From the IMG/VR virus record IMGVR_UViG_3300014590_000001, positions 1 through 64,000 of that record: a DNA stretch of 64,000 nucleotides; one strand, written 5' to 3'. The notes under the pieces are model-generated. The model was not told the DNA's origin. It saw nothing but the letters and a program-made list of their open reading frames with translations, and made no database searches. The position numbers and the translations under genes are program-made. Below, piece after piece: positions 20,127 to 30,703 of the stretch. The stretch comes from a virus. Lineage: Duplodnaviria > Caudoviricetes. Every line of letters starts with the position of its first letter. Within the stretch, counting starts at the first letter, position 1.

Positions 20127-21032
20127 ATGCCACGAGTAAGCAGACGCTCTAATGTTGCCCGTAGGAATACGGGCATTTCAACTTCTTCGTCCGAAGAAAC
20201 CGTACAAAAACTTGAACAAAGTTTAAATCGCGGAAATACAATCAAACTCGAAAACTCTTTCGAACTGGCTGCGCAAAAGAAACTTGGAAAATCACTTTCC
20301 AAAGTTGAAATCGAAGGTCTTGCTCAACGTACTGCCGATCCTGCTGTTGCTGCGCGTTTGATGGCAACTATCTGCAATGCTTCTGAGAAAGAATCTTTCA
20401 TTGTTCTGGCACGTCTTGCGATTGGCCTGAGCACAAACTATTTGAATGCCGCTGGCGTAACTTCTCCTGCGCAACGTTCTGTTCTGCCTGTTGTGATTGG
20501 TTGCTTCTTCATGAATCGAATCATTGATGATGCTTCCGGAACACTGGCACAAATCAATGCGGTTGATGACGTTCCAATCTCTAACAAACTGGTTGCACTG
20601 TTTGAGAGTTATTGGAGTACGCTGGATCTGGATGAACTGAAAGAGAAAACTTCAGGCACTCCAAAGAAAGCTGAAGTAAACAAAGAAGAACAGAAAGAAA
20701 TCGTTTCTGAATCCTCACGCGTAACTTTCCGTACCCACAAACAAAAAGACATTTATTCAGGCGGCGAGAAAATTAGCTATCTGGTTTGTGTCGGCGGTGA
20801 AACCTGCGGTGTTATTCGTTGGGATAAAAAGCTCGGTGAACAAAATCCTAAAGGCAGTGGTTGGATTGCAACGCTGTTCCACGGATTCAACGAAGCTGCA
20901 TTCCGTAGCGGTCGTGGTGAAAATTCAAATGAACCGTACACTGCCGTACATCGCAACGAAGTTAAACTGCACAACCCGCAACGCTTATCGTTAGAACTTG
21001 CGAAAACGTGGGCGCGTTCTGCTCTGAGGTAA
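20127..21032 (+). CDS. Hypothetical, probable head protein
   Basis: GAGG RBS; S-x-S motifs (ISTSS, IVSESS) separate domains. Confidence 0.5.
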   Translation: MPRVSRRSNVARRNTGISTSSSEETVQKLEQSLNRGNTIKLENSFELAAQKKLGKSLSKVEIEGLAQRTADPAVAARLMATICNASEKESFIVLARLAIGLSTNYLNAAGVTSPAQRSVLPVVIGCFFMNRIIDDASGTLAQINAVDDVPISNKLVALFESYWSTLDLDELKEKTSGTPKKAEVNKEEQKEIVSESSRVTFRTHKQKDIYSGGEKISYLVCVGGETCGVIRWDKKLGEQNPKGSGWIATLFHGFNEAAFRSGRGENSNEPYTAVHRNEVKLHNPQRLSLELAKTWARSALR

Positions 21033-21035
21033 TCT

Positions 21036-21473
21036 ATGGCAACGTTTGAATTCCAATATAACATTGGCGATATTCTGCGTTTCAAATGGCAAACTGAACG
21101 TGCTGCTGATGGTTCGTGCTGCGGTGGAATTAGTCGCGGTACTGTCAAAGGCATTTTAATCGGTGAAGAGAAATCCGGTTACATGGTTGAAACTTGCAAC
21201 GGTTTAAAATACGTTGCGATGGATGATGTTTGCGAAGCCGTATACAGCACGAAAAGTTTCGATGTTATGTATCCTGGGCTTGAAGTTGAATATCGTCGGT
21301 TCGGTGATGATCGTCCTGACTGTTTCATCTACGGCAAAATCAGCACTGCACAAATTGATGGTTACGGTCGTTTGCAGTATTGGATTTATGACGAAGACGG
21401 ACAACGTTTCTGCGCACCTGAAGGAAAAGTTTTCTTAGTCAAATCCGACGAGAATTTAGAGCACTACAATTAA
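21036..21473 (+). CDS. Hypothetical protein with two SH3/KOW-like halves
   Basis: GAGG RBS; 'FQYNIGDILRF...GTVKGI' and a second similar beta-barrel-like half. Confidence 0.5.
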   Translation: MATFEFQYNIGDILRFKWQTERAADGSCCGGISRGTVKGILIGEEKSGYMVETCNGLKYVAMDDVCEAVYSTKSFDVMYPGLEVEYRRFGDDRPDCFIYGKISTAQIDGYGRLQYWIYDEDGQRFCAPEGKVFLVKSDENLEHYN

Positions 21474-21484
21474 AAGGAACTGTC

Positions 21485-22264
21485 ATGCCTGAGCATATTA
21501 AAAGCAGGTCGTTCGATTTGAGTTCAACCACGCATACTGGTATGACTGCAATCGATCTGCATAAAGAAGACGCATCGCGTCAAAGCAATAATATTCGCAT
21601 CGCTGGTTCGCGTGTTGGTTCCTCCAATGATCTTTCACTGGACATTAATACTTGGTTGCCGAAAGCTGCGGAGATTTATAACACGTCGAAAGATATTCGC
21701 GATTACATCATTGTTCCGGTTCCGGTGAACGTGACTGAATTGCCTAACACTAACGGCGACGGATTCTCAAAAGCTGAATGGCTGCGATTCAATCCGGATC
21801 AAGGTAAGCTGGCGTTCCAAACTTTCAAAGGTAAGCCAACGTTTATCGAACACGCAAACAAAGACTATACGAAAGCGCGTGGCATTATTTTTGATAGCCA
21901 TCTTTCGCCTCTGGTTGGTTTCCGTGGCGATCACGCTGTATTAAGTTTGCTGCTGGCGTTTGACCGTACACTGGAACCTGAGCGCTGCAAACGAATTCTT
22001 TCTGGTGAACTGAACACGTATTCTAAAGGTACAACTTATAAAGCATATGAGTGTAGTATCTGCGGTCGTTTAGTGACTCCGAAAGCTCGCAACTTCTGCG
22101 AACACACTGCGTTCAATGTTCCAACTAAATTGGATGCACGTTCTGGTCGCCTCGCATACAGAAACTGTTTGCTGTTGACCGGATTTGAATGTAGCTCTGT
22201 TGACGATCCTGCGTTTGCATGTGCTGCAACTGAAGTTAACCAACTGATGCAGATTAAACGCTAA
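21485..22264 (+). CDS. Prohead (maturation) protease, assemblin/HK97-like, with Zn-ribbon insert
   Basis: 'NGDGF', 'TFKGKPTFIEH' (His), 'ARGIIFDS', 'ILSGELNTYSKG' (Ser), 'ECSICG', 'FECSSVDDPA'; upstream of scaffold and capsid genes. Confidence 0.75.
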   Translation: MPEHIKSRSFDLSSTTHTGMTAIDLHKEDASRQSNNIRIAGSRVGSSNDLSLDINTWLPKAAEIYNTSKDIRDYIIVPVPVNVTELPNTNGDGFSKAEWLRFNPDQGKLAFQTFKGKPTFIEHANKDYTKARGIIFDSHLSPLVGFRGDHAVLSLLLAFDRTLEPERCKRILSGELNTYSKGTTYKAYECSICGRLVTPKARNFCEHTAFNVPTKLDARSGRLAYRNCLLLTGFECSSVDDPAFACAATEVNQLMQIKR

Positions 22265-23382
22265 TGAGAGAATTTACTTTCTATCGTTATTTAGGCGGCG
22301 AGCCGCTGAGAGCAAATGGTATTGAAGTTGTTACGCGTGATGTAATTGGACTTTGTTTTGGTACTGGCGTTGCTTATATTGCTAGTCCAAAACAAACGCA
22401 AGTCATTCCGGTAGCCTTAGAAATGGGCAAAAAGATTCAAGAAGATTCTCGCGAATTTACTGCAAATCCTGCGAAACTTTTTCCTGAAAACTTTAATTTC
22501 TCTATACCGGAAAACAGTGTTTCCGAAGCGCCGCCACCTATTCCGAAGAAGGAACCTGAAGCGCCAATTCCTGCGCCTACTGCATATCCTTCGCAAGTGA
22601 ATAAGAGCAACGTTCCGGCACCTGCTCCAGTTTCAAACGAGACTGAAGAAGTTGCAAATACACGTCGCGCTAAAGAGTATCAAGAAAAAGAGCATGTAGC
22701 GTATAAAGCGCTCAAGCCTTTGAAATATGCAGAAACGGTTTACGCTGGTGGAAGCATTAATAACTACGAACCGAAGAAACTTCAGAAGTGCGGGAAAGTT
22801 AAGTTAGAAGTTAAAAACTATGACGAATTCCTGAACCTCGGAATTAAAGGTTCGTCGTATAGTGCTCGTCCGGTTCCTGAAGCAATCATGAAAGATATTC
22901 AGGATAACGTAATGCCAGCCGTGGGATTAAAAGAACCGCTGCCGTTTAAACGTTTATACGTTGGCATGGGTTTAAGTAGCGATGGTTGTTATATCGTTAC
23001 TACTCGCGTATCTGGTGTTCTGTATGGCGTAATCGTATTAGACCCGAAACAGATTGTGAAACTGTTAGGTGGATTCAATAGTAAGAGTGTAGCGCATGTT
23101 ATTACGCATGAACTTGCACACTTCATTGATAATACGATGCTGCGTAATGTGGATCGAATGAAATTCAAAGCGGCAATCGCTGGTAAAGACATTCATCCAA
23201 TAAGGAACGTTGCCGCCGGAAAGAATACGATGGCAATGGAACATTTCGCTACACTTGCCGAACTGATGGTTTGGGGAGATAGTTTGCGAAAAGTTTATGT
23301 TCTGAATGGATACGAAGTCGTTGCAAAATACTTCGAAAATCGCTTCATTCCGGACGAAGATATTGAAAGCAGAAAGATTTAA
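22264..23382 (+). CDS. Zinc metalloprotease-like (HExxH) head protein
   Basis: 'VITHELAHFID' plus downstream 'EHFA'; Pro-rich linker; N-terminal 'FYRYLG...RDVIG' module. Confidence 0.65.
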   Translation: MREFTFYRYLGGEPLRANGIEVVTRDVIGLCFGTGVAYIASPKQTQVIPVALEMGKKIQEDSREFTANPAKLFPENFNFSIPENSVSEAPPPIPKKEPEAPIPAPTAYPSQVNKSNVPAPAPVSNETEEVANTRRAKEYQEKEHVAYKALKPLKYAETVYAGGSINNYEPKKLQKCGKVKLEVKNYDEFLNLGIKGSSYSARPVPEAIMKDIQDNVMPAVGLKEPLPFKRLYVGMGLSSDGCYIVTTRVSGVLYGVIVLDPKQIVKLLGGFNSKSVAHVITHELAHFIDNTMLRNVDRMKFKAAIAGKDIHPIRNVAAGKNTMAMEHFATLAELMVWGDSLRKVYVLNGYEVVAKYFENRFIPDEDIESRKI

Positions 23383-23456
23383 ATTTTCTTTCAAATTTTC
23401 CTGCAATCATTAATTTCAATGAGTCGATAACCGACTTATTCATAGAGGGTTTTACC

Positions 23457-25388
23457 ATGTCAAAAGCACTCCGTTTAGCGGGGATTGTTGCTGTCGGTGG
23501 TAGCCATGCTCAAGCAGTCGAAAACTTTCGCAGCACTGCAACTGGTGTGAACGCTATGTTCTACCAATCTGAGAGCGGTAACGTATACGCTTCTCAAAGC
23601 AATGTTGATCTTTTCGATCCGAAAGGCGGCAATACGCTGCTGGAAGAAAATGCTGAGTTGGTTGCACAGGCTGAATTCCAGTCAGAATCTTCCACTACTC
23701 CGGTGAAAGCAAACTATCATATCTGTCTCGATGGTTGTGGTTCACACATTGTCAGTGATAGCAGTGCGGAAATCACGCATTGCCCAAGCTGCTCTGCGAG
23801 TCTGGAAGAAATCACTGACGAGCGTATCGTTGACCATATGGAAAACGAAAACAAAGATGCCGTGTCCCGTTCTTCTGTTGTCGCTGTTGGCGCAACTATT
23901 GAAGAAGCACAAGCCGCTCTGACCAACGCGATCAAAACGCAGGACGTTGTTACTGCTCTGTCTAGCGCAACAAGTTTCATTGCGATTACAGACGGCGTGA
24001 AGTTTGACCCGTATAGCTCACTGGCAATCAGCGAATCTCGCTCCGGTAGCAACGAAATTTCTTCACTGTCTAACGGCGCTGATAAAATTGAAGCTCACGT
24101 TTATTCTTGCTCTGCAAGTTGTGAACTTCCATTCACTATCGCGACTGACGACGACACCGTTTTCTGCGCCCACTGTTCTTCTCCGCTGATCGATATCGAA
24201 TCGAATAGCAGTGATGAAGATGACGCGTCTGATATTCTCGACGAAGAAGAATTGGATGAAGACGAAGACTTCGATGAAGACGAAGACTTTGATTCCGAAT
24301 CCTCTTCCGAAGACGATGAAGAAGAAGACGAAGATGATTTCGACGACGAAGAAGATGACTTCGACGACGAAGAAATGGAAGACGACGAAGATTTCGAATC
24401 TGAATCTGGTGCCTCTGATGATGACGAGGAAGAGGAAGAAGATGACGAAGACTTCGACGAAGACGATGAAGATGATGACTTCGATGATGAAGATCTGGAC
24501 GAAGATGACTTCGACGACGAAGAAGATTCCGAAAGTTCTGTTAGCAGCGTAAGCAGCAATGCTGAACTGCAAGCCGAAGTTCGTTCATTCGATTCTCTGT
24601 CTGCCGCGATTGCCGAACACGGTAACTTAGATCCTAATCTGGTTTCCCTGTCGCGCACTAAAACCGGTCGCGTTCCATCTGTATTCCTGAACTATGACGG
24701 CGTACCTGTTGCCCGTTCTACGTTCTCAAGTTTCAGTGCTGCCGCTGGTGAAGATTCTGCGCGTCGTGTATTCGATGCAGAAGATTTCATTCGCGCCGTG
24801 AGCAAATCTGTTCACGCTGATGGCGTTGAAGCAACTTGCAAAAACTTCGGTTTCGAACCGTTTGTTATGCAACTGTCTGTAAGTAAGATGCTGACTGCTG
24901 AAGCTGATGCTCGTGTTGAAAGCGCTTCCTCTTCTGTTAACGGAACCGTTAGCGAATTGGTTGAAGCACATCGCGAACGTTTTGTTTCTGCGCTGTCAAC
25001 TGCAATGCTCGGCGTGTCTCGCAACTTCTGGCGTGATACTTCTAACCCGATTGTTGAGTCTCTTTGCTCAACTCTGCGCGGTGCTGGTGTTGCTGATCCG
25101 CGTCCTATTATCGAACGTGCTTTCATCAACAACGGCAAAGATTTCCTGCACGTCGCGCTGTCACACGCTGATGCGCTGATGTCAAAATCTGAAGTCGCGC
25201 AGAATGAAATTGCGGAAGCTGTCGCAGACTCTGCGGGCATCATTCGCAACGAAACCTCTGCTCCGAAAGTTCCTAGCGTATCTACTGATCGCGAAGATAA
25301 TTTGGAAGAAATCGAATCTGAAAGTTCTTCTAAAGGACAATCTGATTTCGACGCTCGTTTGGCTCGTCGTTTCGGTGTACGTCGCTAA
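23457..25388 (+). CDS. Prohead core/scaffold protein (Cys clusters, acidic tract, many S-E-S motifs)
   Basis: Lies between protease and capsid genes; CxxxC/CxxC pairs; ~110-aa D/E tract; basic C-terminal tip (RLARRFGVRR). Confidence 0.65.
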   Translation: MSKALRLAGIVAVGGSHAQAVENFRSTATGVNAMFYQSESGNVYASQSNVDLFDPKGGNTLLEENAELVAQAEFQSESSTTPVKANYHICLDGCGSHIVSDSSAEITHCPSCSASLEEITDERIVDHMENENKDAVSRSSVVAVGATIEEAQAALTNAIKTQDVVTALSSATSFIAITDGVKFDPYSSLAISESRSGSNEISSLSNGADKIEAHVYSCSASCELPFTIATDDDTVFCAHCSSPLIDIESNSSDEDDASDILDEEELDEDEDFDEDEDFDSESSSEDDEEEDEDDFDDEEDDFDDEEMEDDEDFESESGASDDDEEEEEDDEDFDEDDEDDDFDDEDLDEDDFDDEEDSESSVSSVSSNAELQAEVRSFDSLSAAIAEHGNLDPNLVSLSRTKTGRVPSVFLNYDGVPVARSTFSSFSAAAGEDSARRVFDAEDFIRAVSKSVHADGVEATCKNFGFEPFVMQLSVSKMLTAEADARVESASSSVNGTVSELVEAHRERFVSALSTAMLGVSRNFWRDTSNPIVESLCSTLRGAGVADPRPIIERAFINNGKDFLHVALSHADALMSKSEVAQNEIAEAVADSAGIIRNETSAPKVPSVSTDREDNLEEIESESSSKGQSDFDARLARRFGVRR

Positions 25389-25458
25389 TCGCGGCGTTTT
25401 CCAAAAACGATTATTGAACTGAAAAAAGTTCATTCAAAAATTTTCGGAGATTAAAATT

Positions 25459-26166
25459 ATGTTGTTTCAAATCGCAACTGATATCGTAATGACTCAGGAA
25501 GGTGATCTGCTGCCTGGCGTTGCAATCCATGAAGAAGGTGTAGCTCTGGTTTGGCACCGTGAGAACGGCAAAAACTATCTGAAACCGTCTGAAGGTAAAA
25601 ACGGCGAAGTGTTCGCAGGTTTCGCAATGTCTCGCAACATGCCGCCAGCGTTTCAGGTGTTCGTTGAAGAACTGACTATCGACGCAACTCTGTCCTACAC
25701 TCTGCGTCGTCTGCCTACCGCTGGTCAGTCACTGATCAAAATCGCTGGCGCAAAAGCTGACGCAACTGTTGGTGAAGACAATCCGGCTGACGCTGGTGAC
25801 GTTGTTATCAACGGCGCTGAACTGCTGTTCGCCGCTGCGGATATCGGTAAAAAAGTTTTCGTTCAGTACGCTTCTGAACTGACTGTTTCCGAAGCTCGCG
25901 CTATCACTGGTGATGCACCAATCGGCGGCCTGTCTGCAAACATTCGCCAGCGTATCAGCTACATCAAGCTGGGCAACGTTTCTACCAACATGATCGACGC
26001 TTCTGCTGACTGGTCTAACGATGCGGTTCTGAATCCTTCGCTGGGCGCTGGTGGTCTGCTGACTATCGGTGGTACTGGTACTCTGCTGAAAGGCGTTATC
26101 ATCAAGAAAGCTCCTGATGCAACGAACGGTTACGCAACCTTCGAACTGGCAACGCCGGGCGTGTAA
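25459..26166 (+). CDS. Capsid-associated (decoration/cement) protein
   Basis: Immediately upstream of the capsid gene; GGAG RBS; strongly biased high-expression codon usage. Confidence 0.6.
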   Translation: MLFQIATDIVMTQEGDLLPGVAIHEEGVALVWHRENGKNYLKPSEGKNGEVFAGFAMSRNMPPAFQVFVEELTIDATLSYTLRRLPTAGQSLIKIAGAKADATVGEDNPADAGDVVINGAELLFAAADIGKKVFVQYASELTVSEARAITGDAPIGGLSANIRQRISYIKLGNVSTNMIDASADWSNDAVLNPSLGAGGLLTIGGTGTLLKGVIIKKAPDATNGYATFELATPGV

Positions 26167-26219
26167 GAACACACCTCGCAATAAAACTTTAAACTGAAAA
26201 AGAATTTCTGGAGTTATAA

Positions 26220-27320
26220 ATGAAAAATCAACTGCGTGGTGCTAAAGTTGTTCTGCGTGACGGTAGCCCGTTGTCTGAACTGCGTATTGGCGGCGAACGT
26301 ATTCTGTCTGAATCCACTGGCGAAGTTAACGCCGTCAGTAAAAAAGATCTGGTACATCGTATTGGTCAGATGCTGAATCTGGCTGCAACTGGTGAACTTC
26401 AGGAAGTTTCTGAATCTCACGCCGGTATGACTCCGGATGAAATTCGCGAAGATAACCGTCGTCTGATCGAAGAAGCTGCTGCTGATGCTTCTGGTCAGAA
26501 GTGGGATTCTCTCGGCGCTTCAATCGTTGGTTCTATTGAAGACCGCGCTGAACGTCAGGGTCTGATGCGTCGTGTGTGTAAAGGTGCAACTGTTCGTCAG
26601 GGCGAAGTTCCTCGCGTCGAACTGAAAACTCACCAAGCGCAAGCTATCGTTGCGACTGGCCCAAGCGATTACGGTTATCGTCAACTGCGTGGACGCGTGT
26701 TTACTCCGGATGAATTCGAACTGAAATCTATCATCCGTGTTTCACGTATGGATCTGGAACAGATCAACGGCGACCTGCTGGATCGTGCGCAGCAAGATGG
26801 TCTGCAATCTATCATGGTTCAGGAAGACCGTCTGTGGAAAGAAGCTGCGGATCGTTCTGTCGGTATGGCAAACCCGCTGACCTACATCCACGGTGAACTG
26901 ACTCCGCGCCTGTTGTCCGTTCTGAAAAATCAAGTAAGTACCTGGCCAATTCCGGTAACTACCGCGATCATGGCTGCGGATTACTGGAACGATATTATCG
27001 GTAACGATCAATTCACTTCCGCGCTTGATCCGGTTTCCAAATATGAACTGATCACTACTGGCCGCCTCGGTACTCTGCTGGGTCTGGATCTGGTAACTGA
27101 CGGTTTCCGTGCGCCGGAACATCGCGTACTGAATGACGGCGAACTGTACGTTGTTGGTGATCAGGATTACCACGGCATGTACACCACTCGCGGCGGCACT
27201 CAGTCTCAGCCTACCTCTGGTGCAAATCAGGGTAACACTGATCGCGGCTGGTTACTGTCAAGCGTGTTCTCCTTCACTCTGGCGAACGTTCGCTCTGTCG
27301 CTAAAGCGCAGCGTAGCTAA
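26220..27320 (+). CDS. Major capsid protein (HK97 fold)
   Basis: GGAG RBS, highly biased codons, 366 aa; 'LLDRAQQDGLQSIMVQEDRLW' spine helix, 'GRLGTLLGL.LVTD', 'GELYVV'. Confidence 0.85.
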   Translation: MKNQLRGAKVVLRDGSPLSELRIGGERILSESTGEVNAVSKKDLVHRIGQMLNLAATGELQEVSESHAGMTPDEIREDNRRLIEEAAADASGQKWDSLGASIVGSIEDRAERQGLMRRVCKGATVRQGEVPRVELKTHQAQAIVATGPSDYGYRQLRGRVFTPDEFELKSIIRVSRMDLEQINGDLLDRAQQDGLQSIMVQEDRLWKEAADRSVGMANPLTYIHGELTPRLLSVLKNQVSTWPIPVTTAIMAADYWNDIIGNDQFTSALDPVSKYELITTGRLGTLLGLDLVTDGFRAPEHRVLNDGELYVVGDQDYHGMYTTRGGTQSQPTSGANQGNTDRGWLLSSVFSFTLANVRSVAKAQRS

Positions 27321-27361
27321 TGCGGAAAGTTTCGTAATTAATTTTGCGAAACTTTTTAAAA

Positions 27362-27392
27362 AGGGAATGCAAGAAATTGTGTTCCCTCTTTT
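27362..27392 (+). terminator. Probable terminator after the capsid gene
   Basis: AGGGAATGC...GTGTTCCCT followed by CTTTT. Confidence 0.6.
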
Positions 27393-27407
27393 ATCTAAGG
27401 AACTTTT

Positions 27408-27878
27408 ATGAAAACGTTGACAGGTTCCCTAGCTGCTCTCGCTATCGTTGCAGTACGTGAAGGTCAGTGGAATGACGTAGCTCGCCTTTTGGTGCAAGCT
27501 GCTAACTCTCCTGATTGCAGTGAATTTTTAACTTGCCAGTTAGCAGACAATGTTGAAGCAAGCACTTTAGTTGAAGTGTGTGCGAATCCATGTGAGTCTG
27601 TGAGCGCGGCGAGTTCTTCGCTTACTGATTCCGTGCTGGCGCTGTCTGCGGCTCTGGAAACAAATGCTTCTAAAGAGAAATCAAAAGAACTTTACGGTGA
27701 TGATGAATTCCATTCAATGTCTTTGGATGACGATTCAGAAGATCCAGAAGATGAAGATGATCTTCTTTTGGAAGACAGCGAACTTGACGATGTTGAGTTC
27801 GACGGCGAGGACGAAGAATCAAATGATGATGGTGAGTTTGAATCATCCTCTTCTGGTCTGCGCCTCCGCTTGAATTAA
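27408..27878 (+). CDS. Small acidic probable head protein
   Basis: AAGGA RBS; acidic C-half, S-x-S motifs, basic tip GLRLRLN. Confidence 0.55.
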   Translation: MKTLTGSLAALAIVAVREGQWNDVARLLVQAANSPDCSEFLTCQLADNVEASTLVEVCANPCESVSAASSSLTDSVLALSAALETNASKEKSKELYGDDEFHSMSLDDDSEDPEDEDDLLLEDSELDDVEFDGEDEESNDDGEFESSSSGLRLRLN

Positions 27879-27885
27879 TTAAACT

Positions 27886-27912
27886 AGGGAGGCCATTTGG
27901 CTTCCCTTTTTT
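27886..27912 (+). terminator. Rho-independent terminator
   Basis: AGGGAGGCC-attt-GGCTTCCCT followed by a T run. Confidence 0.85.
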
Positions 27913-27934
27913 GTTTCTGCTCAGGAATTTTTCT

Positions 27935-28603
27935 ATGAGTATTAATCAGATCGTAAAACAAAGTACGTCGCTTAAAGCTACGTTGTTCGGCATCCAACGA
28001 CAAATTCGCAGAGGCTTCGGCTTAACGCGTTTTGTTTTCAGTATGCACAACAACCCAAAGCAAGGCTTACGCGCACTGTTTGCACAAAGCACAAACTATC
28101 CTTACGGCTGGTTTAAAATAAATAACTTCGCTCTCAATCGTGAACTGATTGCTAACGCAAAAAACATCGGTCGATTTGGTTCCGGTTGGGCGATAGGAAA
28201 AGAACCAACAAACGCAATCGCAATTCGTAACTACTATCTGCCTGTTACGCTTTCCGGATCTCTGTACGTTAAGTTTTTGCACTTAGATCAGGCAATGCTG
28301 TTTAGTCAGCAATTGATGATTGCCAATGCTGTAGAAATGCTGGCGTTCGAACTTGAAATGCCAACAACGAAATGGACTGTTCGTTTTCTTATTGATGGCG
28401 ATAGTATTCCATTCCCTAACATCGAAGATCTTGATGAAGGGAGTACGCCAAGCAGTATGGAAATCGAAATTCCTTTCACCATTCAAACGAAGATTGGTTT
28501 CAATCTCGACACTGCGAAAATCAATAACTACGGTGAGATAACTGTTCGCACGGAAATCGACACTGGCGAAAAAGATTTTGTGCAAGAACCTGAAGAGGAA
28601 TAA
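27935..28603 (+). CDS. Putative tail completion/neck protein
   Basis: Between head and sheath genes; AGGA RBS; fold not recognised with certainty. Confidence 0.45.
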   Translation: MSINQIVKQSTSLKATLFGIQRQIRRGFGLTRFVFSMHNNPKQGLRALFAQSTNYPYGWFKINNFALNRELIANAKNIGRFGSGWAIGKEPTNAIAIRNYYLPVTLSGSLYVKFLHLDQAMLFSQQLMIANAVEMLAFELEMPTTKWTVRFLIDGDSIPFPNIEDLDEGSTPSSMEIEIPFTIQTKIGFNLDTAKINNYGEITVRTEIDTGEKDFVQEPEEE

Positions 28604-28604
28604 C

Positions 28605-28949
28605 ATGTTTACGAAAACTCGTTATCGTTCTTTGGAACGTACTCTCGTTGTTGATTCTCGTGTGCGTGAAGTTTCGCAAGAACATAACAGCGCGATTCGT
28701 TCACAAACTCATGCGGTTGGAATTCCTGAAGATGAAATCTTTAACTCGATTTCTGTTATTGTCGGGCCAAAAGGTTACGCGCTACCTGCAACGAAAGGTT
28801 TCTTGCATGTGGATACAGGTAATCCGCTGAAGATGCAAATCGGTGGAACGTTTATTGATATCAACGGTCAGTTACTTTTAACTGGTGCGCTTCCGGAAGT
28901 TGTTTTAGTTTCGGAAACTGAACAAAGAGTTCATGTGATTCAGTATTAA
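28605..28949 (+). CDS. Hypothetical virion protein
   Basis: GAGG RBS then ATG 28605; structural operon. Confidence 0.5.
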   Translation: MFTKTRYRSLERTLVVDSRVREVSQEHNSAIRSQTHAVGIPEDEIFNSISVIVGPKGYALPATKGFLHVDTGNPLKMQIGGTFIDINGQLLLTGALPEVVLVSETEQRVHVIQY

Positions 28950-29006
28950 TCGTTCTCTTACGCTAATTTTAAACAGTCAACGTTTTCACGCTGTTTGGAG
29001 ATAACA

Positions 29007-30692
29007 ATGCTGCTTCCTGACCATCCTAGTGCTGGCGTGTATACGATGGAAAATGACAGGTCGAATGTTACGACTCTGGCAACCAACGGATATTGCACAC
29101 TGGTGCTGCCATTCCCGAAAGGTGAAATTGGCAAAAATATGACTATCACTTCACAAGATGAAGTGGAAGAAAAACTCGGTAAAGCTACCGGACGTTATGC
29201 AAATAACGTTAACATCGCAAAACTTCTGATGACAAAAGCTCGTCGTCTGAACGTAACTCGCGTTGCACTTAATGCGAAGTTCGGCGGTGTTATGGCAACC
29301 ATGTTCAACAACCTTTCTACTTTCCGTCCGGTAAGCGATTCAGGATTTGACGATCCGATGCAAGTTGCTTTCCGTAGCGAAGATATCGGTCTGTTTTATT
29401 CGCTCTCTCAATATGAAGGTGCGAATGATATTTGGCTGACGATGCAACCTGACACTAACGATGCGTTAGGTATTAAATCGATCATTCGCGTTTACGAAGG
29501 TACGAATCTCACGCCTACTGAAACGTGGACAGTAACAAGTTTCTACTGGCGCGATGAAGCGGGTAATCAATTCTTCATTGAAGATGTGATCAACACTAGC
29601 TCGAAACTGATTCGCTTCCGTCTGAACGAAAACAACTACAAACTGATCGACGATCCAAAGTTTGTAGTGTTCAACGCAATCGCTGGTGGCCCGTACAATC
29701 CAGAAACTCCTACTGCAATCAACGGTCAGTTTGTTGGTGCAACTTCTGGTGATCTGATTGACGTAGAAAACCCTGACGAAACTATTGCGAACAACTCTCT
29801 GGCTGCTTTCATCGAAGGATGGAACAACTACGAAGATTGGGAACAAATCTCTGCTGGCATTCTGTGTTCTGGTGGTATTGAACATCCGGTGATTGCAAGC
29901 ACGATTAACCAACTCGCAAAAACTCGCATGGACTGTATCAGCACTGTCGGTATGCCTGTCAGTATGCAGAGTCGCGATGAAGCTGTTGCATATCGTCGTG
30001 GCATCAAAACTTTCATGGATGCAGAGTTCACTATCATTGATAGCTGGACAGCAATTACAAACAGTGACGTAAAAGCTCGCGATAACGCAAACGCGCGTGA
30101 CTATTATGTTCCTGCTTCTGTGTGCATGGCGTACTGTATGCTTAACACGGATCAGATTGCTCAGTGGTTAGCGCCGGGCGGTTTGAATCGCGGTAAGATC
30201 GATTTTGCTACTGATGTGCGTCACCGTTTTAAACTGAATGATCGCGATGTGCTGGTAGAAAACCAAATCAACCCGATTGCAGTATTTGAAGGTGAAGGGA
30301 TTTTCCTGTGGGGCGCAGACACTGCGATGACAACCAAATCGGCATTGAACGATATCGGTGTTCGTCGTCTGTTGGCAATGCTTCACGCTTCCGCTCGCGC
30401 AAACAATTTACGTGCGGTGTTCGAACCTAACGATGATGTGCTGAAACAAGCGCAGATTGCCGGAATGGAAAGTATTCTGGAACCAATTCGTTTAGGTCGC
30501 GGTTTGGATTGGTATCAGGTTGTTTGTGACTACACGAATAACACTACACAAGACGAAGCGCGTGGTGATCTGATCATTGATATCTTCCTTGATCCAACTC
30601 GCTACACCAAACGCATTCACGTTACTGCAATCGTTCCACCTGTGGGCGATATTCAGTATGCACTTGATCTGATTAGTCGCGGCGCAATCTAA
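29007..30692 (+). CDS. Tail sheath protein, paralog 2
   Basis: 'HPSAGVYTME.D', 'VTRV', 'WLAPGGLNRG', 'QINPI', 'WGA.T', 'IGVRRL', 'VFEPND', 'VVCD..NNT'; directly precedes the tube gene. Confidence 0.92.
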   Translation: MLLPDHPSAGVYTMENDRSNVTTLATNGYCTLVLPFPKGEIGKNMTITSQDEVEEKLGKATGRYANNVNIAKLLMTKARRLNVTRVALNAKFGGVMATMFNNLSTFRPVSDSGFDDPMQVAFRSEDIGLFYSLSQYEGANDIWLTMQPDTNDALGIKSIIRVYEGTNLTPTETWTVTSFYWRDEAGNQFFIEDVINTSSKLIRFRLNENNYKLIDDPKFVVFNAIAGGPYNPETPTAINGQFVGATSGDLIDVENPDETIANNSLAAFIEGWNNYEDWEQISAGILCSGGIEHPVIASTINQLAKTRMDCISTVGMPVSMQSRDEAVAYRRGIKTFMDAEFTIIDSWTAITNSDVKARDNANARDYYVPASVCMAYCMLNTDQIAQWLAPGGLNRGKIDFATDVRHRFKLNDRDVLVENQINPIAVFEGEGIFLWGADTAMTTKSALNDIGVRRLLAMLHASARANNLRAVFEPNDDVLKQAQIAGMESILEPIRLGRGLDWYQVVCDYTNNTTQDEARGDLIIDIFLDPTRYTKRIHVTAIVPPVGDIQYALDLISRGAI

Positions 30693-30703
30693 GGAGATTA
30701 GAA

